Sequence record: NZ_CP034172.1
Reading direction: 5' to 3' (one strand)
DNA length: 30,432 nucleotides
From: a plasmid
Made by a program: the position numbers and the translations under genes. Below are positions 19,176-27,988 of this stretch, one piece after another. Position 1 is the first letter of the stretch; the number at the start of each line of letters is the position of its first letter. Under the pieces are notes generated by a model. The model saw nothing but the letters and a program-made list of their open reading frames with translations, had not been told where the DNA came from and ran no database searches.

Positions 19176-20412
19176 TATATTGTAGTTAATTAAGTATTTA
19201 ATTCTTTTATTTATTCGGTATCGAGGAAACGTGTTTTTTTTTAAAGTGGTAGTTTTTTGTTTTCGGGGAATAGTTTTCCCTTCGTGTTTTTTCGGCTTTT
19301 TTCGGGAATGTCAAAGAACGCTCTGCTTTTCTTTATTCGTATAACTGAGGTGTCGTTTTCTTTGCTAAATGACGATAGAAATTTGAAGCTCACACAAAAC
19401 CGATAAGGCATTTTATAAAAATGATGTTCGGCTCGAAATTTATTTGCCCGAAGGGTTTAGGAGTGTCTGAAAAAATTATTGGAACTTGTGGAGATAATTT
19501 TTTTAGAAACCCAAATAAATTTTTTTGCGTGGGATTTGAATTTCTAATTTTGCATTCAGAAAACAACCTACAGTTGTCGGATATTGGAAAAGTAGCAAGC
19601 GTTCTGCGTTTCCGTGAAAAGTTGGGAAAACCGATTAGGGAACTTCTCCGAAAACAAAAAATTACCACACACTAAAATTCAAATTCCATCGTGGGGGCTT
19701 CCCGATTTTTGCCGATCAAAAAAGGTTGGGAAAAAGAAAATTGCGGTTCTTCCTTTTTTCCGAAAGAATCACATTTTTAGTAAAATTATCCTTTTGCGCA
19801 ATGGGTGAAGTGTTTTCCGGTGGAAGCTTTGCTGTAACGGAAAATCACGGAACGGAAAATGTAGCGAAAGGTTTATTTTGCGTTAAGAAAATGGGATTAT
19901 GAGTGAAAAATAAAATCAGAAATACTTGATAAACGGAATGTGCCATTTCTGGCCAAATGGAGTGTTCAATGTTTTTCGATTTTCAAAGGACTGCAATTTT
20001 TGTTAGCGGTGGCTTTGGTCGGCTAAAAATTGGGAATGGCGGTGGCTCTCTGTCGCATAATTTTTCCGGATCTGCTCCTGCAGACTTGTAAAAATTTTTT
20101 CTATGCGAACATAAAACTTATCCTGGGGGAGCTGCAGCTTCGTTTTATGCGACAAAATGAAAGGGAAAAAAATTGTGGTTCTTCCTTTTTTCCGAAAGAA
20201 TCACATTTTTAGTAAAACAATCCTGTGTGAAACTAAAGGTTTGTTTTGCGTTAAGAAAATGGGATTGTGAGTGAAAAACAAATCACGGTCTTTGCCAAAA
20301 TTGGAATGAATCGGTCTGAAAGTTCCAAGAAATTAAATGAATTGGACTGCAAGTAGAGAGAAGGGAAATTTTGGCTATGTCCGGGATTGAAGATCAACAA
20401 TTTTTTGGAGTG
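19176..20412. repeat. Complete internal copy of the ~1.24 kb non-coding direct repeat.
   Basis: 19176-19352 matches 30257-30432 and 19353-20393 matches 1-1040. GC visibly higher than the flanks. No credible ORF. Contains the TATGCGAACATA box at 20100-20111 and internal duplications. Confidence 0.85.
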
Positions 20413-20421
20413 GAAATATAC

Positions 20422-20568
20422 GTTAGTGATTGTAGCGATTGTTGGAAATCCTTTTTTTATAGTCGGAAAAAACATTTAAAAAAAAAAGTCCGAAAAATAA
20501 ATTTCAGACTGAAAAAAAAGATTGACTGCGAAAAGCACGACCGAAAGGGAACGCCCAATTTAATCTTC
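20422..20568. repeat. Second copy of the ~145-bp tail element (see 3156-3300).
   Basis: About 95% identical to 3156-3300. Includes the TAGTCGGAAAAAACATTT box at 20452-20488. Confidence 0.8.
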
Positions 20569-21444
20569 ATATCCAAAATTCAAATTGTTAGAAAAAACAA
20601 ACTCGTCAATTTCTTTAATTGATTTACTTCCTAAATTTCTAAATTTCCACAAATCTTTTTTATTTAATCGAATTAAATCTTCTATTGTTAAAATATTACT
20701 CCCCTTTAATGAATTAATAGTTCTATTACTCAATGAAAACTCAATATCATCAATAAATTTATCTAACATTGGATTTCTAGGCTCTTTAGGGATTTCGGGT
20801 TTTACATTCAATTGATGTTCTAATATTTTGACTTTAGTATGAAGTTCATTAAAATGTTTTTTGGAATAATTAACCTGTCTTAAAGTGTTTTTTAAGTGCT
20901 TATTTAGACGTTTCTGAAAATCAAAAACTATTTGACTAACTCTATCTTTTGAAAGGTTATATTCATAAGAAATATCGTGTAGAGATTTTTTATGAATATA
21001 ATGCATCAATAGAATTTCTTGATGTCTAGGAGTAATAATATTAAATAAATAAGAAATATGAATAATGAGTTGTAAAGAATCATTCAACAAAGAAAAATCT
21101 AAATTTATTGCATCGGAATATTCTAAAAATTTAAAATCTGCTTTTTCGTAATTATCCCAAAATTCATTGGCGAAAATATAAACGATCCCCTTATTGGTAG
21201 TAGTTTGAAAAAAAGAAATGATTTTTGTTTCGATAAAATATTTGTTAAATACATTTCGACTAATGCCAATGTTATTGCAAAACTCTTTAAGTCTTATTGG
21301 TTGTTCATTTATGATTCGCTCAACTAGAGAAGCATTTTTTAGAATAAATGTACAACTTCGAGTATCTAAATTTAATTTATTTGCAACTAAAACTTCAAGT
21401 GTTCTAGAAGGTTCAATTTCCAAAATTTTAGTAGTTTCTTGCAT
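20560..21444 (-). CDS. Transcriptional regulator with a sigma-70 region-4-like HTH and a C-terminal RNA-polymerase alpha-subunit CTD-like (helix-hairpin-helix) domain.
   Basis: 294 aa. 'RHQEILLMHYIHKKSLHDISYEYNLSKDRVSQIVFDFQKRLNKHL' looks like sigma region 4. 'SLSNRTINSLKGSNILTIEDLIRLNKKDLWKFRNLGSKSIKEIDEF' parallels RpoA aCTD '…[45 protein letters not shown]'. Confidence 0.55.
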   Translation of the reverse strand: MQETTKILEIEPSRTLEVLVANKLNLDTRSCTFILKNASLVERIINEQPIRLKEFCNNIGISRNVFNKYFIETKIISFFQTTTNKGIVYIFANEFWDNYEKADFKFLEYSDAINLDFSLLNDSLQLIIHISYLFNIITPRHQEILLMHYIHKKSLHDISYEYNLSKDRVSQIVFDFQKRLNKHLKNTLRQVNYSKKHFNELHTKVKILEHQLNVKPEIPKEPRNPMLDKFIDDIEFSLSNRTINSLKGSNILTIEDLIRLNKKDLWKFRNLGSKSIKEIDEFVFSNNLNFGYED

Positions 21445-21465
21445 AATATCTAATTTAAAATAAAA

Positions 21466-21927
21466 TTAATTCTGTTTACGCCATTCCCAAGGGGAAACAG
21501 CTTTACGATCAGCCCAAAGTCCTAAATTATTTTTCTTTGCTTCAATTTCTAAATCTCGTAATCTCTTATCTGTAGAAAACCAATGATACCACCATCCGAA
21601 ACCATTTCTTATGATTTCAGCAGATAAATATTTACCATCATCATAAAATACTTTTGCAATGGTTCTGCCGTATCGGTCTGTATCGGTTTCCCAATAATTT
21701 ACTTCTTTTCCAAAAACTTGTGAGCTTGTAAATTGTTTTGCATTTTTCCCGAATGGTTGTGCGCTCTCTGGGCAGTCCACTTCGGCAAGTCGTAAAGTTT
21801 TTTGAGTTTTTCCTTCGAGTAAAACCACTATAGTATCACCATCTTTTATTCCAATAACTTTTGCGGTATATTGAGAAAAAAATAAAATAGGTAGTAGAAA
21901 TAATAAAAGAAAAATCTTTTTTAACAT
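21466..21927 (-). CDS. Secreted thermonuclease (staphylococcal nuclease / SNase-like).
   Basis: Likely start MLKKIFLLLFLLPILFFSQ (signal peptide); the ORF-track start at 22020 is probably too far upstream. SNase motifs 'GDTIVVL…KTLRLAEVDCPE…FGKEVNYWETDTDRYGRTIAKVF…AEIIRNGFGWWY'. Confidence 0.75.
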   Translation of the reverse strand: MLKKIFLLLFLLPILFFSQYTAKVIGIKDGDTIVVLLEGKTQKTLRLAEVDCPESAQPFGKNAKQFTSSQVFGKEVNYWETDTDRYGRTIAKVFYDDGKYLSAEIIRNGFGWWYHWFSTDKRLRDLEIEAKKNNLGLWADRKAVSPWEWRKQN

Positions 21928-21937
21928 TATAAAAATT

Positions 21938-22189
21938 TTAGTAGTAAACCTGTGTATTGTTAATGTTTTGCCATTCATTGGATGAAGTATTAAACTCTTG
22001 TTCCTCATAAAAGAAATCAAAGCCTTTATATTCTAAAGTTAATAGTTCTAAAGCTTCTAAAACCTCTTTATGACTAGAATGTGCAGAATGAAATACCGGT
22101 TCGGAATTATCATCATTTGTATCTATTGGTTCTTTGTAAATAGCAATTCTTTTCTTCTTTAAATCTGAACTGTGCAAGAGTGTTTCCAT
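21938..22189 (-). CDS. Hypothetical acidic small protein.
   Basis: 83-aa ORF, co-oriented and tightly spaced within the 23033->21466 gene string. Confidence 0.4.
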   Translation of the reverse strand: METLLHSSDLKKKRIAIYKEPIDTNDDNSEPVFHSAHSSHKEVLEALELLTLEYKGFDFFYEEQEFNTSSNEWQNINNTQVYY

Positions 22190-22194
22190 TTCAT

Positions 22195-22557
22195 TTATTT
22201 TGTTTTTAATAAGTTAAATTTCTTAATAAATTTTGAAATATCGTAATCAACCATTTCTAAATAATCTATGTATACTTTAGAACACATAATTAATAAAAAG
22301 TCATCATTGAATGATACACTATTAAGTATATTAGCAAGACCATAAAATCCATTTTCCTTAACTATCGAAGATGTAAATTCAGAAATTTCAGGAATTGCTT
22401 GTTCTATTTCAATATCAGTAAAATTAGTTACAAACTTCTCTCTTGGAATTTTTACGCCAATATGATTAGGAAAATCTTTGTTTAAAAACTTTTCACTATT
22501 TTTTATTAAATAGATAAGATCTTCAAAAAAAAGCGGGCAATTCAAAATATCTTTCAT
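22195..22557 (-). CDS. Hypothetical protein.
   Basis: 120-aa ORF in the same operon-like string. No motif recognised. Confidence 0.45.
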   Translation of the reverse strand: MKDILNCPLFFEDLIYLIKNSEKFLNKDFPNHIGVKIPREKFVTNFTDIEIEQAIPEISEFTSSIVKENGFYGLANILNSVSFNDDFLLIMCSKVYIDYLEMVDYDISKFIKKFNLLKTK

Positions 22558-22577
22558 TTTATTTTCAGTAGAATTTA

Positions 22578-23033
22578 TTAAGGTAAAATAAGGTCGTAAT
22601 CTGAATAATCTTCAAATGTATCAGTTTCGGTATTGTATAGAAACAAAATGTTTCCAATATCAATGTGTTTATCTCCACTTTCATAAATGTTTTCGGTAAA
22701 ATAGAAAGTAGTATATAAAACAACATTATATGCCTTTAAAATGTATTTTACGCCTGTTAGAATAATTCTTTGAATTTCTTTTTCCTTTTCTTCTTCGGAA
22801 TCACTTATCAATGGACTATTTTTATGTTTTTCCTCCTTACAAATTAAATTCTGTCCTTCGTAAATTCGCTCTCCATCAATTCTATCGAGAAAAGATTTTT
22901 GAAAGCCTAATTTCTCGATATTATCAAATATTGAAATGCTTTCAGTCTTTCTATCTTTGGAAGAATGCTCAACGATATAGCCTTTCAAAAACTCGTTAAT
23001 AGTGTTATTGCGATTTGCATTGTTCTCATTCAA
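22578..23033 (-). CDS. Hypothetical acidic protein.
   Basis: 151-aa ORF, first gene of the string. No motif recognised. Confidence 0.45.
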   Translation of the reverse strand: MNENNANRNNTINEFLKGYIVEHSSKDRKTESISIFDNIEKLGFQKSFLDRIDGERIYEGQNLICKEEKHKNSPLISDSEEEKEKEIQRIILTGVKYILKAYNVVLYTTFYFTENIYESGDKHIDIGNILFLYNTETDTFEDYSDYDLILP

Positions 23034-23140
23034 ATTCTTTCAAATGTTTCAAGGGTGTCTGTTTCAGTTCTAACTGAAAACACGGATGTTGTTGGTTTAA
23101 CCTTCATTGTATTACATATTTGTAACACAAAGGTAACAAA

Positions 23141-23176
23141 AAAAGTAATACTCTATGTATTACTCTTGTTTTTTTT
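23141..23176. terminator. Bidirectional rho-independent terminator downstream of the resolvase gene.
   Basis: aaaaaaa-GTAATAC-tctatg-TATTACTCTTG-tttttttttt. Confidence 0.65.
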
Positions 23177-23216
23177 TTAATTATTGATAATTACATTTAA
23201 CGACAATATAATATCG

Positions 23217-23780
23217 TTATTTAAGATTAATAATTTTGTAAAAAGTAGTTTTACTACCGATATTATATGCTTTCATAATTTCTTCTACTGGGAGTTTCCG
23301 ACTTTCATAGGAGGCTTTAACCAAGGGTGCAATTTTTATATATTTTTCAGTCATTCCTTTAGGTCTTCCGCCCATTTTTCCTCTTGCCCTAGCAGATTTC
23401 AAACCTGCATTAGTTCTCTCTATCAAAACATTTCTTTCGTGTTCAGCTAAAACACAAAATATTTGGAAAATCAATTTACCACTTGCAGAACCTGTATCTA
23501 TATTTTCAGTAATCGATTTGAAATTTATTCCTTTTTCGTTTAATTCATTTACAAACTGAATTAAACCTACGGTAGTTCTGCCTACTCTATCCAATCTCCA
23601 AACGGTTAAAGTATCGCCTTTTCTAATAAAATTTAGAAGTTGATTTAATTGAGGCTTTTCAGATTTCACTCCACTAACTTTATCAACAAAAATTTTTTCA
23701 ATTCCTAAATTTTTTAAAGCATCGGTTTGTAAATCTAAATTTTGTTCAAACTTGCTTACTCTTGCATATCCAATTAACAT
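23217..23780 (-). CDS. Small serine recombinase (resolvase/invertase family; likely plasmid multimer resolvase).
   Basis: 187 aa. 'MLIGYARVSKFEQNLDLQ' carries the catalytic-Ser motif, followed by '…GDTLTVWRLDRVGRTT' and a C-terminal HTH. Confidence 0.85.
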   Translation of the reverse strand: MLIGYARVSKFEQNLDLQTDALKNLGIEKIFVDKVSGVKSEKPQLNQLLNFIRKGDTLTVWRLDRVGRTTVGLIQFVNELNEKGINFKSITENIDTGSASGKLIFQIFCVLAEHERNVLIERTNAGLKSARARGKMGGRPKGMTEKYIKIAPLVKASYESRKLPVEEIMKAYNIGSKTTFYKIINLK

Positions 23781-23973
23781 AATTACACTTTATTCATCTT
23801 GAACAAATTTAATGTAATTTGAATTAATGTACAAGGAAAATGAACAAAGAATTTTAAATAAAATTTATTTTATTAGAATTCCTTTCCAGTACATAAAACC
23901 GACCGTTTTTGAAAACTTTTTTCTTTTGGCGCAACTTTTCTTTTTTTTTTCATTACCAAATGGAAAAATATTT

Positions 23974-24013
23974 TTAAATGTTTTTTCCGACTATAAAAAT
24001 TGTCTGAAAGACA
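23974..24013. promoter_or_regulatory. Candidate res / recombinase binding site.
   Basis: Perfect inverted repeat TGTCTgaaAGACA (24001-24013), resembling resolvase half-sites (TGTCYnnTA). Immediately preceded by an inverted copy of the TAGTCGGAAAAAACATTT box (23976-23999). About 200 bp upstream of the recombinase start. Confidence 0.4.
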
Positions 24014-24160
24014 AATAAAAGCAGGTGAGCTAAAGGCGAACTCCTTTTAAGGGGCTTAGCCCACTATAAAACAAATGCTTTTTAAAATCAATAGTTTTTT
24101 AATTACATTGCTTTTTAGCGTTCGCAAACCCTAATGTTAATCAGCTTTTACAAAAATAAT

Positions 24161-24441
24161 AGTGTAGGTGTATACTTATTAAGAGTGTAGGTATATCCTT
24201 ATAATCTACTCTTAAACGGTGTAGGTCTATACTGTATATTCAATTAAAGAGTGTAGGTCTATACTTCACTATCAGTGTAGGTCTATACTTAAGCGGTGTA
24301 CCTTTATACTTAAACGGTGTACCTTTATACTTATACGGTGTAGGTCTATACTTAAACGGTGTACCTTCATACTTAAATGGTGTAGGTGTATGCTTAAACG
24401 GTGTATGTCTGTACTTAATTAGTGTAGTGCTATAATTAATT
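24161..24441. repeat. Iteron array: about 12 direct repeats, consensus GGTGTAGGTCTATACTTAAAC, with eight units in strict 21-bp phasing. Probable vegetative replication origin.
   Basis: Read directly. Units start at 24161, 24184, 24218, 24250, 24274, 24295, 24316, 24337, 24358, 24379, 24400 and 24421. Contiguous with no spacers. AT-rich stretch on the 5' side. Adjacent to the Rep gene. Confidence 0.85.
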
Positions 24442-24486
24442 AAGTACTTTTCAGTTCTGTAAACACTTTCTCATACAGAAAACCAC

Positions 24487-25545
24487 CTAAATTCTTAATT
24501 TCTTCTCCAGCTTCATTATTGAACCAGATCTTTTGCCTATAAACTTAGATTCCTTGTTATCATAATGCTGGTTAAAGGTAACGGCTTTGTTAAATCTATT
24601 AAACATATTTTCCTGCCCTATCCTCTGCAATAAAAATAATATCTGACTTTCAGTCAAGCCATAGGCTAAAAACGATTTTAATGCTGTTTGATGCACTTCC
24701 GAGAGATTGTTTATGTCGAGGCGTTTTTGAAATTTAAAGTGTAAATTAGTAATCTTTCTACCAACTTTAACGGTTTCATAGGAAATATGGGAAATATCTA
24801 ATTTCTCGTTCGAATTGAAATCGTTTATTGCAGGATCCAGGAACACTCTTTTAAATTCTGACCAACGAGCAAGATATTCTACTCTTTCATAATCGGGAGA
24901 AATTTCTTTTGTGTCAAATAAAAACTTCAGTTGCAGTTGTTTTGTAGTTTCACTCTTGTTCTTTTCGTTTTTATAAACAATAAACCCCAACAAAACCTTT
25001 AGCTCTTCAAGAGAAACCCTGTAAATTCCAGTTGCTTTGAATTGGGAAAGCAATTCAAACAACTTTTTTCTTTTGTCGCCCTTTAAGTCAATAATACTAC
25101 TCTCAATTTGGGTATACTGAACCCTTGTTTTGTTAGCATATTCTAAAGCGTGTTTTTCATAAAAGAAAATCTTACCCCATTTAGCAAATCTTACAATAAA
25201 TTCATTGGCATCTTCATCACTTACAGAAACACTATCAATAACATTAAAAAACTCGGTGATCTTTGTTTGCGTGTTGTAGAAAACTCCGTTAATGTGTATC
25301 AAGCCTGAACATATTTCCAAAAGTTCAGAAACTGAATAGAAACTGTTTTTCTTTACATTCTTATACTCTAGAAACTTATTGTAATTAAAGATTATTTCTT
25401 CCTCTGGGTTGGGATCACGAAAATTTATTAACGTTTGCAGATAGTAGATTATATCTTTCTGCATTTCCGTAACTCCCCTCATTACGCTCTGCGTAAAGAA
25501 ATTGGATTGTAATAAATAGTTTGAGTTTTTATCTGTGGACTTCAT
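24487..25545 (-). CDS. repB: Plasmid replication initiator (RepB / Rep_3-like, iteron-binding).
   Basis: 352 aa. N-terminal 'NYLLQSNFFTQSV…MQKDIIYYLQTLIN' resembles the Rep_3 initiator N-terminus. Directly adjacent to the iteron array. Confidence 0.65.
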   Translation of the reverse strand: MKSTDKNSNYLLQSNFFTQSVMRGVTEMQKDIIYYLQTLINFRDPNPEEEIIFNYNKFLEYKNVKKNSFYSVSELLEICSGLIHINGVFYNTQTKITEFFNVIDSVSVSDEDANEFIVRFAKWGKIFFYEKHALEYANKTRVQYTQIESSIIDLKGDKRKKLFELLSQFKATGIYRVSLEELKVLLGFIVYKNEKNKSETTKQLQLKFLFDTKEISPDYERVEYLARWSEFKRVFLDPAINDFNSNEKLDISHISYETVKVGRKITNLHFKFQKRLDINNLSEVHQTALKSFLAYGLTESQILFLLQRIGQENMFNRFNKAVTFNQHYDNKESKFIGKRSGSIMKLEKKLRI

Positions 25546-25787
25546 TTGGAGAATGGTTTATAGTTGAATACTGAAACTGAATTTTTTTCATCAAAAATCC
25601 TGTAATAATTATCTGCTTTCGTGTCGGAAAAATAATCTTCCTTATGGATGTATATTTTAATCCATTTCCAATTTTGTAGCTTACCTGCTAAATCGGATGG
25701 CGTATAAACTTTGTGATAAAAGCACGTTTTTTTAGTGTCGGTAAAATACACAACACAAAAAAATCCTTTACTTTCTCTTGTTTTCAT
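25542..25787 (-). CDS. Hypothetical small protein translationally coupled to rep.
   Basis: 81-aa ORF, ATGA overlap with the rep start. Confidence 0.4.
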   Translation of the reverse strand: MKTRESKGFFCVVYFTDTKKTCFYHKVYTPSDLAGKLQNWKWIKIYIHKEDYFSDTKADNYYRIFDEKNSVSVFNYKPFSK

Positions 25788-25869
25788 TTTTTTTGTATAT
25801 TTGGGTTAGGAAAAAACATTTATAAAATGTTTGAAGGCAACTGAATTTATTTGGTTGTCTTTTTTATTT

Positions 25870-26367
25870 TTAACTCACTTTACTTAACAATTTAAAATCT
25901 TTGTGAAAATATTTTTCCTCGTCTTTATTCCAAAAATCTAGCTGTCGGGAAATAGCATCCTTATAAGAACTTTCCCACGCCCATTTCGGAACCGTAACTT
26001 TATAAAGTTTATTTTCTTCTTCGTCTTTTCCCACTTCCAAATCAATTATTTTGCTGTTTGGAATCCAAACGAAAAGTTTCTGTGCGTTCTCGTTAAATAG
26101 GACTTCCACAATTAATTTTGTGGCTTTATCGCCTTTATCATAGGCAGAACTTTCGACCACTACGCTTTCTTCTTCGGGTGGGTTTTGAAACTCTTTTAAT
26201 TTATCTGTCCAAAATTCAGAATCTACCGAAAGGGAATTTCCTTTGAGTTCAATTTTAGAAAGTGGAAGCCAAAAAGTTTCTTCCTGTGCTGTTTCTTCAA
26301 CGTGGGTTTTAATTAAGATTGCTTTATCGCTCTTTCTTAATTCTTGATATTTTGCGAATGTTTTCAT
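25870..26367 (-). CDS. Hypothetical acidic protein.
   Basis: 165-aa ORF with no competing frame. Confidence 0.45.
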   Translation of the reverse strand: MKTFAKYQELRKSDKAILIKTHVEETAQEETFWLPLSKIELKGNSLSVDSEFWTDKLKEFQNPPEEESVVVESSAYDKGDKATKLIVEVLFNENAQKLFVWIPNSKIIDLEVGKDEEENKLYKVTVPKWAWESSYKDAISRQLDFWNKDEEKYFHKDFKLLSKVS

Positions 26368-26403
26368 ATTGTGGTTTTTTTACTTGTTTTTACAATGGTG
26401 TTT

Positions 26404-26901
26404 TTATTTTAAACTTCCCTTAAAATCTTTCAATAACTGCTCTATAAAATCATCTTTAGTGTAGTTTGTAGAAAGAAAGTCACCGTCTTTATTGATATTC
26501 TTTGAATACATAAAGTCGTAAATAAATTCCCTATCAACAGCCGAAATTCTACAGCTTGTAAAAACACGTTCTGTCTTGGTAGAATTAGACCGTTTTCCTC
26601 TGCGAGTTGGAATAACTCCGTTAGGTCGTAAAGGCAAATCTTTATATTTATTTCGCATTATCTCTATACCATCCCTAATCACATCCGAAACGCAATAATG
26701 AAAGTCATCTTTTCTTTTTATAGCTTCAATCTCTCTCAATTGTTCAACGACTTGCATTTGAAGTAAAAAGGAGAAAGTAACATTATTTATTAATGAAGTT
26801 TCTTCGATCTGTTGTTTAGGTTCTTGGTGTGGTTGCTCCTGTAACTCCGCTACCTTTCCCCACGCTTCCGCCATTTTCTCTGCTGCACTTTTATTTTTCA
26901 T
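26404..26901 (-). CDS. Hypothetical protein immediately downstream of parA, translationally coupled. Possible partition adaptor or TraB-like partner.
   Basis: 165-aa ORF, ATGA overlap with the parA stop at 26901. Confidence 0.45.
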   Translation of the reverse strand: MKNKSAAEKMAEAWGKVAELQEQPHQEPKQQIEETSLINNVTFSFLLQMQVVEQLREIEAIKRKDDFHYCVSDVIRDGIEIMRNKYKDLPLRPNGVIPTRRGKRSNSTKTERVFTSCRISAVDREFIYDFMYSKNINKDGDFLSTNYTKDDFIEQLLKDFKGSLK

Positions 26902-27655
26902 TACTTTATCTTTTTAATTATTTCTTTATATAAATTCTTGAAATCTAATGAAGCCCGGCTATTGGGTGCAATTTCAAAAATTGTTTTGCCTTTTTTCTTG
27001 GCTTCATTTACATTAATATCTTGCCTAATATATGTTTTAAAAAGTGCGTCTTTCACAACGGAATTTTGAATTTCAAAATAATACTTTTTAAAATCTTTTG
27101 AGCGCACCATTACTTTGTTAAAGAAAAACCCCAAATACTCGAATTTTAGACCGTATTTCGCCTTTAATGACATAATAGCAGGGTATAACTTGTAAACTCC
27201 CGAAATAGAGAATTCTTCCGCTTCTATAGGGCTAATAACATAATCACTAGCAAATAGGGCTATTTCAGCTAAAGAAAGCTTATTGGTAAGCGGTTTGCTC
27301 GGCGGACAATCTATAATTACATAATCAAAAATTCCGTCAATGGCTTCAATACTTGTTTTCAATGAATTTTGATTGAAATCTAAATCTTCCAAAAGCTCCG
27401 AACCCTCTAGAACATAGATATTGTTAAAATTTCCCTTCTCTGCAAATTTTATATTCCCTTTTTTCTCCAAAAATTCTGCAACGGTAAAATCTTCTCCCTC
27501 GACCTTTAAACCTAACGATAAATTGCATTGACTGTCAAATCAATAAGAAGTACCTTTTTATTTTTTGAAGCGAAACAATCGCTTAAATGAATGCTTGTGG
27601 TTGTTTTCCCCACTCCGCCTTTCTGTGTTAATATTGTGAAAATTTTAGTTTTCAT
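26901..27655 (-). CDS. parA: ParA/Soj-type partition ATPase (TraA-like). Interrupted by one 1-nt frameshift; the ORF-track piece 26901-27470 lacks the Walker A box.
   Basis: ATG at 27653-27655 gives [40 protein letters not shown] (deviant Walker A 'KGGVGKTT'). Shifting frame near 27533-27540 continues [28 protein letters not shown]…, which is the listed ORF. Confidence 0.8.
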
Positions 27656-27696
27656 ATTTATTTATATATTGTAGTTAAAAATTAAATGAAGAAAAA

Positions 27697-27975
27697 TTAT
27701 TTTTTCTTTTCGATTCTCTGTTTTTCAAGTTTTTTTGAATAATCTTTGAAAAAAACACTAGAAAAAAGCATACTCACAACAATCAACCCTATCACAATTA
27801 ATATTAATAAGCATCCCATATTTAAGGTCTGTAAAAAACATCCTTCATTCCTTTTTACGATAATTTTTGGCTGTACTGGAGATTGCATCGAAACAATGGG
27901 ATTTCCACAATAAGGACACGTTAAAGCCTTATCGGAAATTTCTTTATTACATTCTGTGCAGTTAATAAGTGCCAT
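27697..27975 (-). CDS. Zinc-ribbon membrane protein, hypothetical.
   Basis: 92 aa. N-terminal CxxC…CxxC 'CTECNKEISDKALTCPYCGN', then a TM helix 'GCLLILIVIGLIVVSMLF' and a basic tail. Confidence 0.5.
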   Translation of the reverse strand: MALINCTECNKEISDKALTCPYCGNPIVSMQSPVQPKIIVKRNEGCFLQTLNMGCLLILIVIGLIVVSMLFSSVFFKDYSKKLEKQRIEKKK

Positions 27976-27988
27976 ATCTTAAATTTTT

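Noticed and set aside
24030-24070. GC-richer patch (aaggcgaactccttttaaggggcttagccc) as a possible tRNA or small-RNA fragment
   Set aside because: No cloverleaf-compatible pairing, no acceptor stem or anticodon arm pattern, and too short. More likely part of the res/ori control region.
24161-24441. Possible CRISPR array (regularly spaced ~21-bp repeats)
   Set aside because: The units are contiguous with no unique spacers between them. Repeat length and 21-bp phasing fit iterons. No cas genes are present.A RepB-like gene is adjacent.
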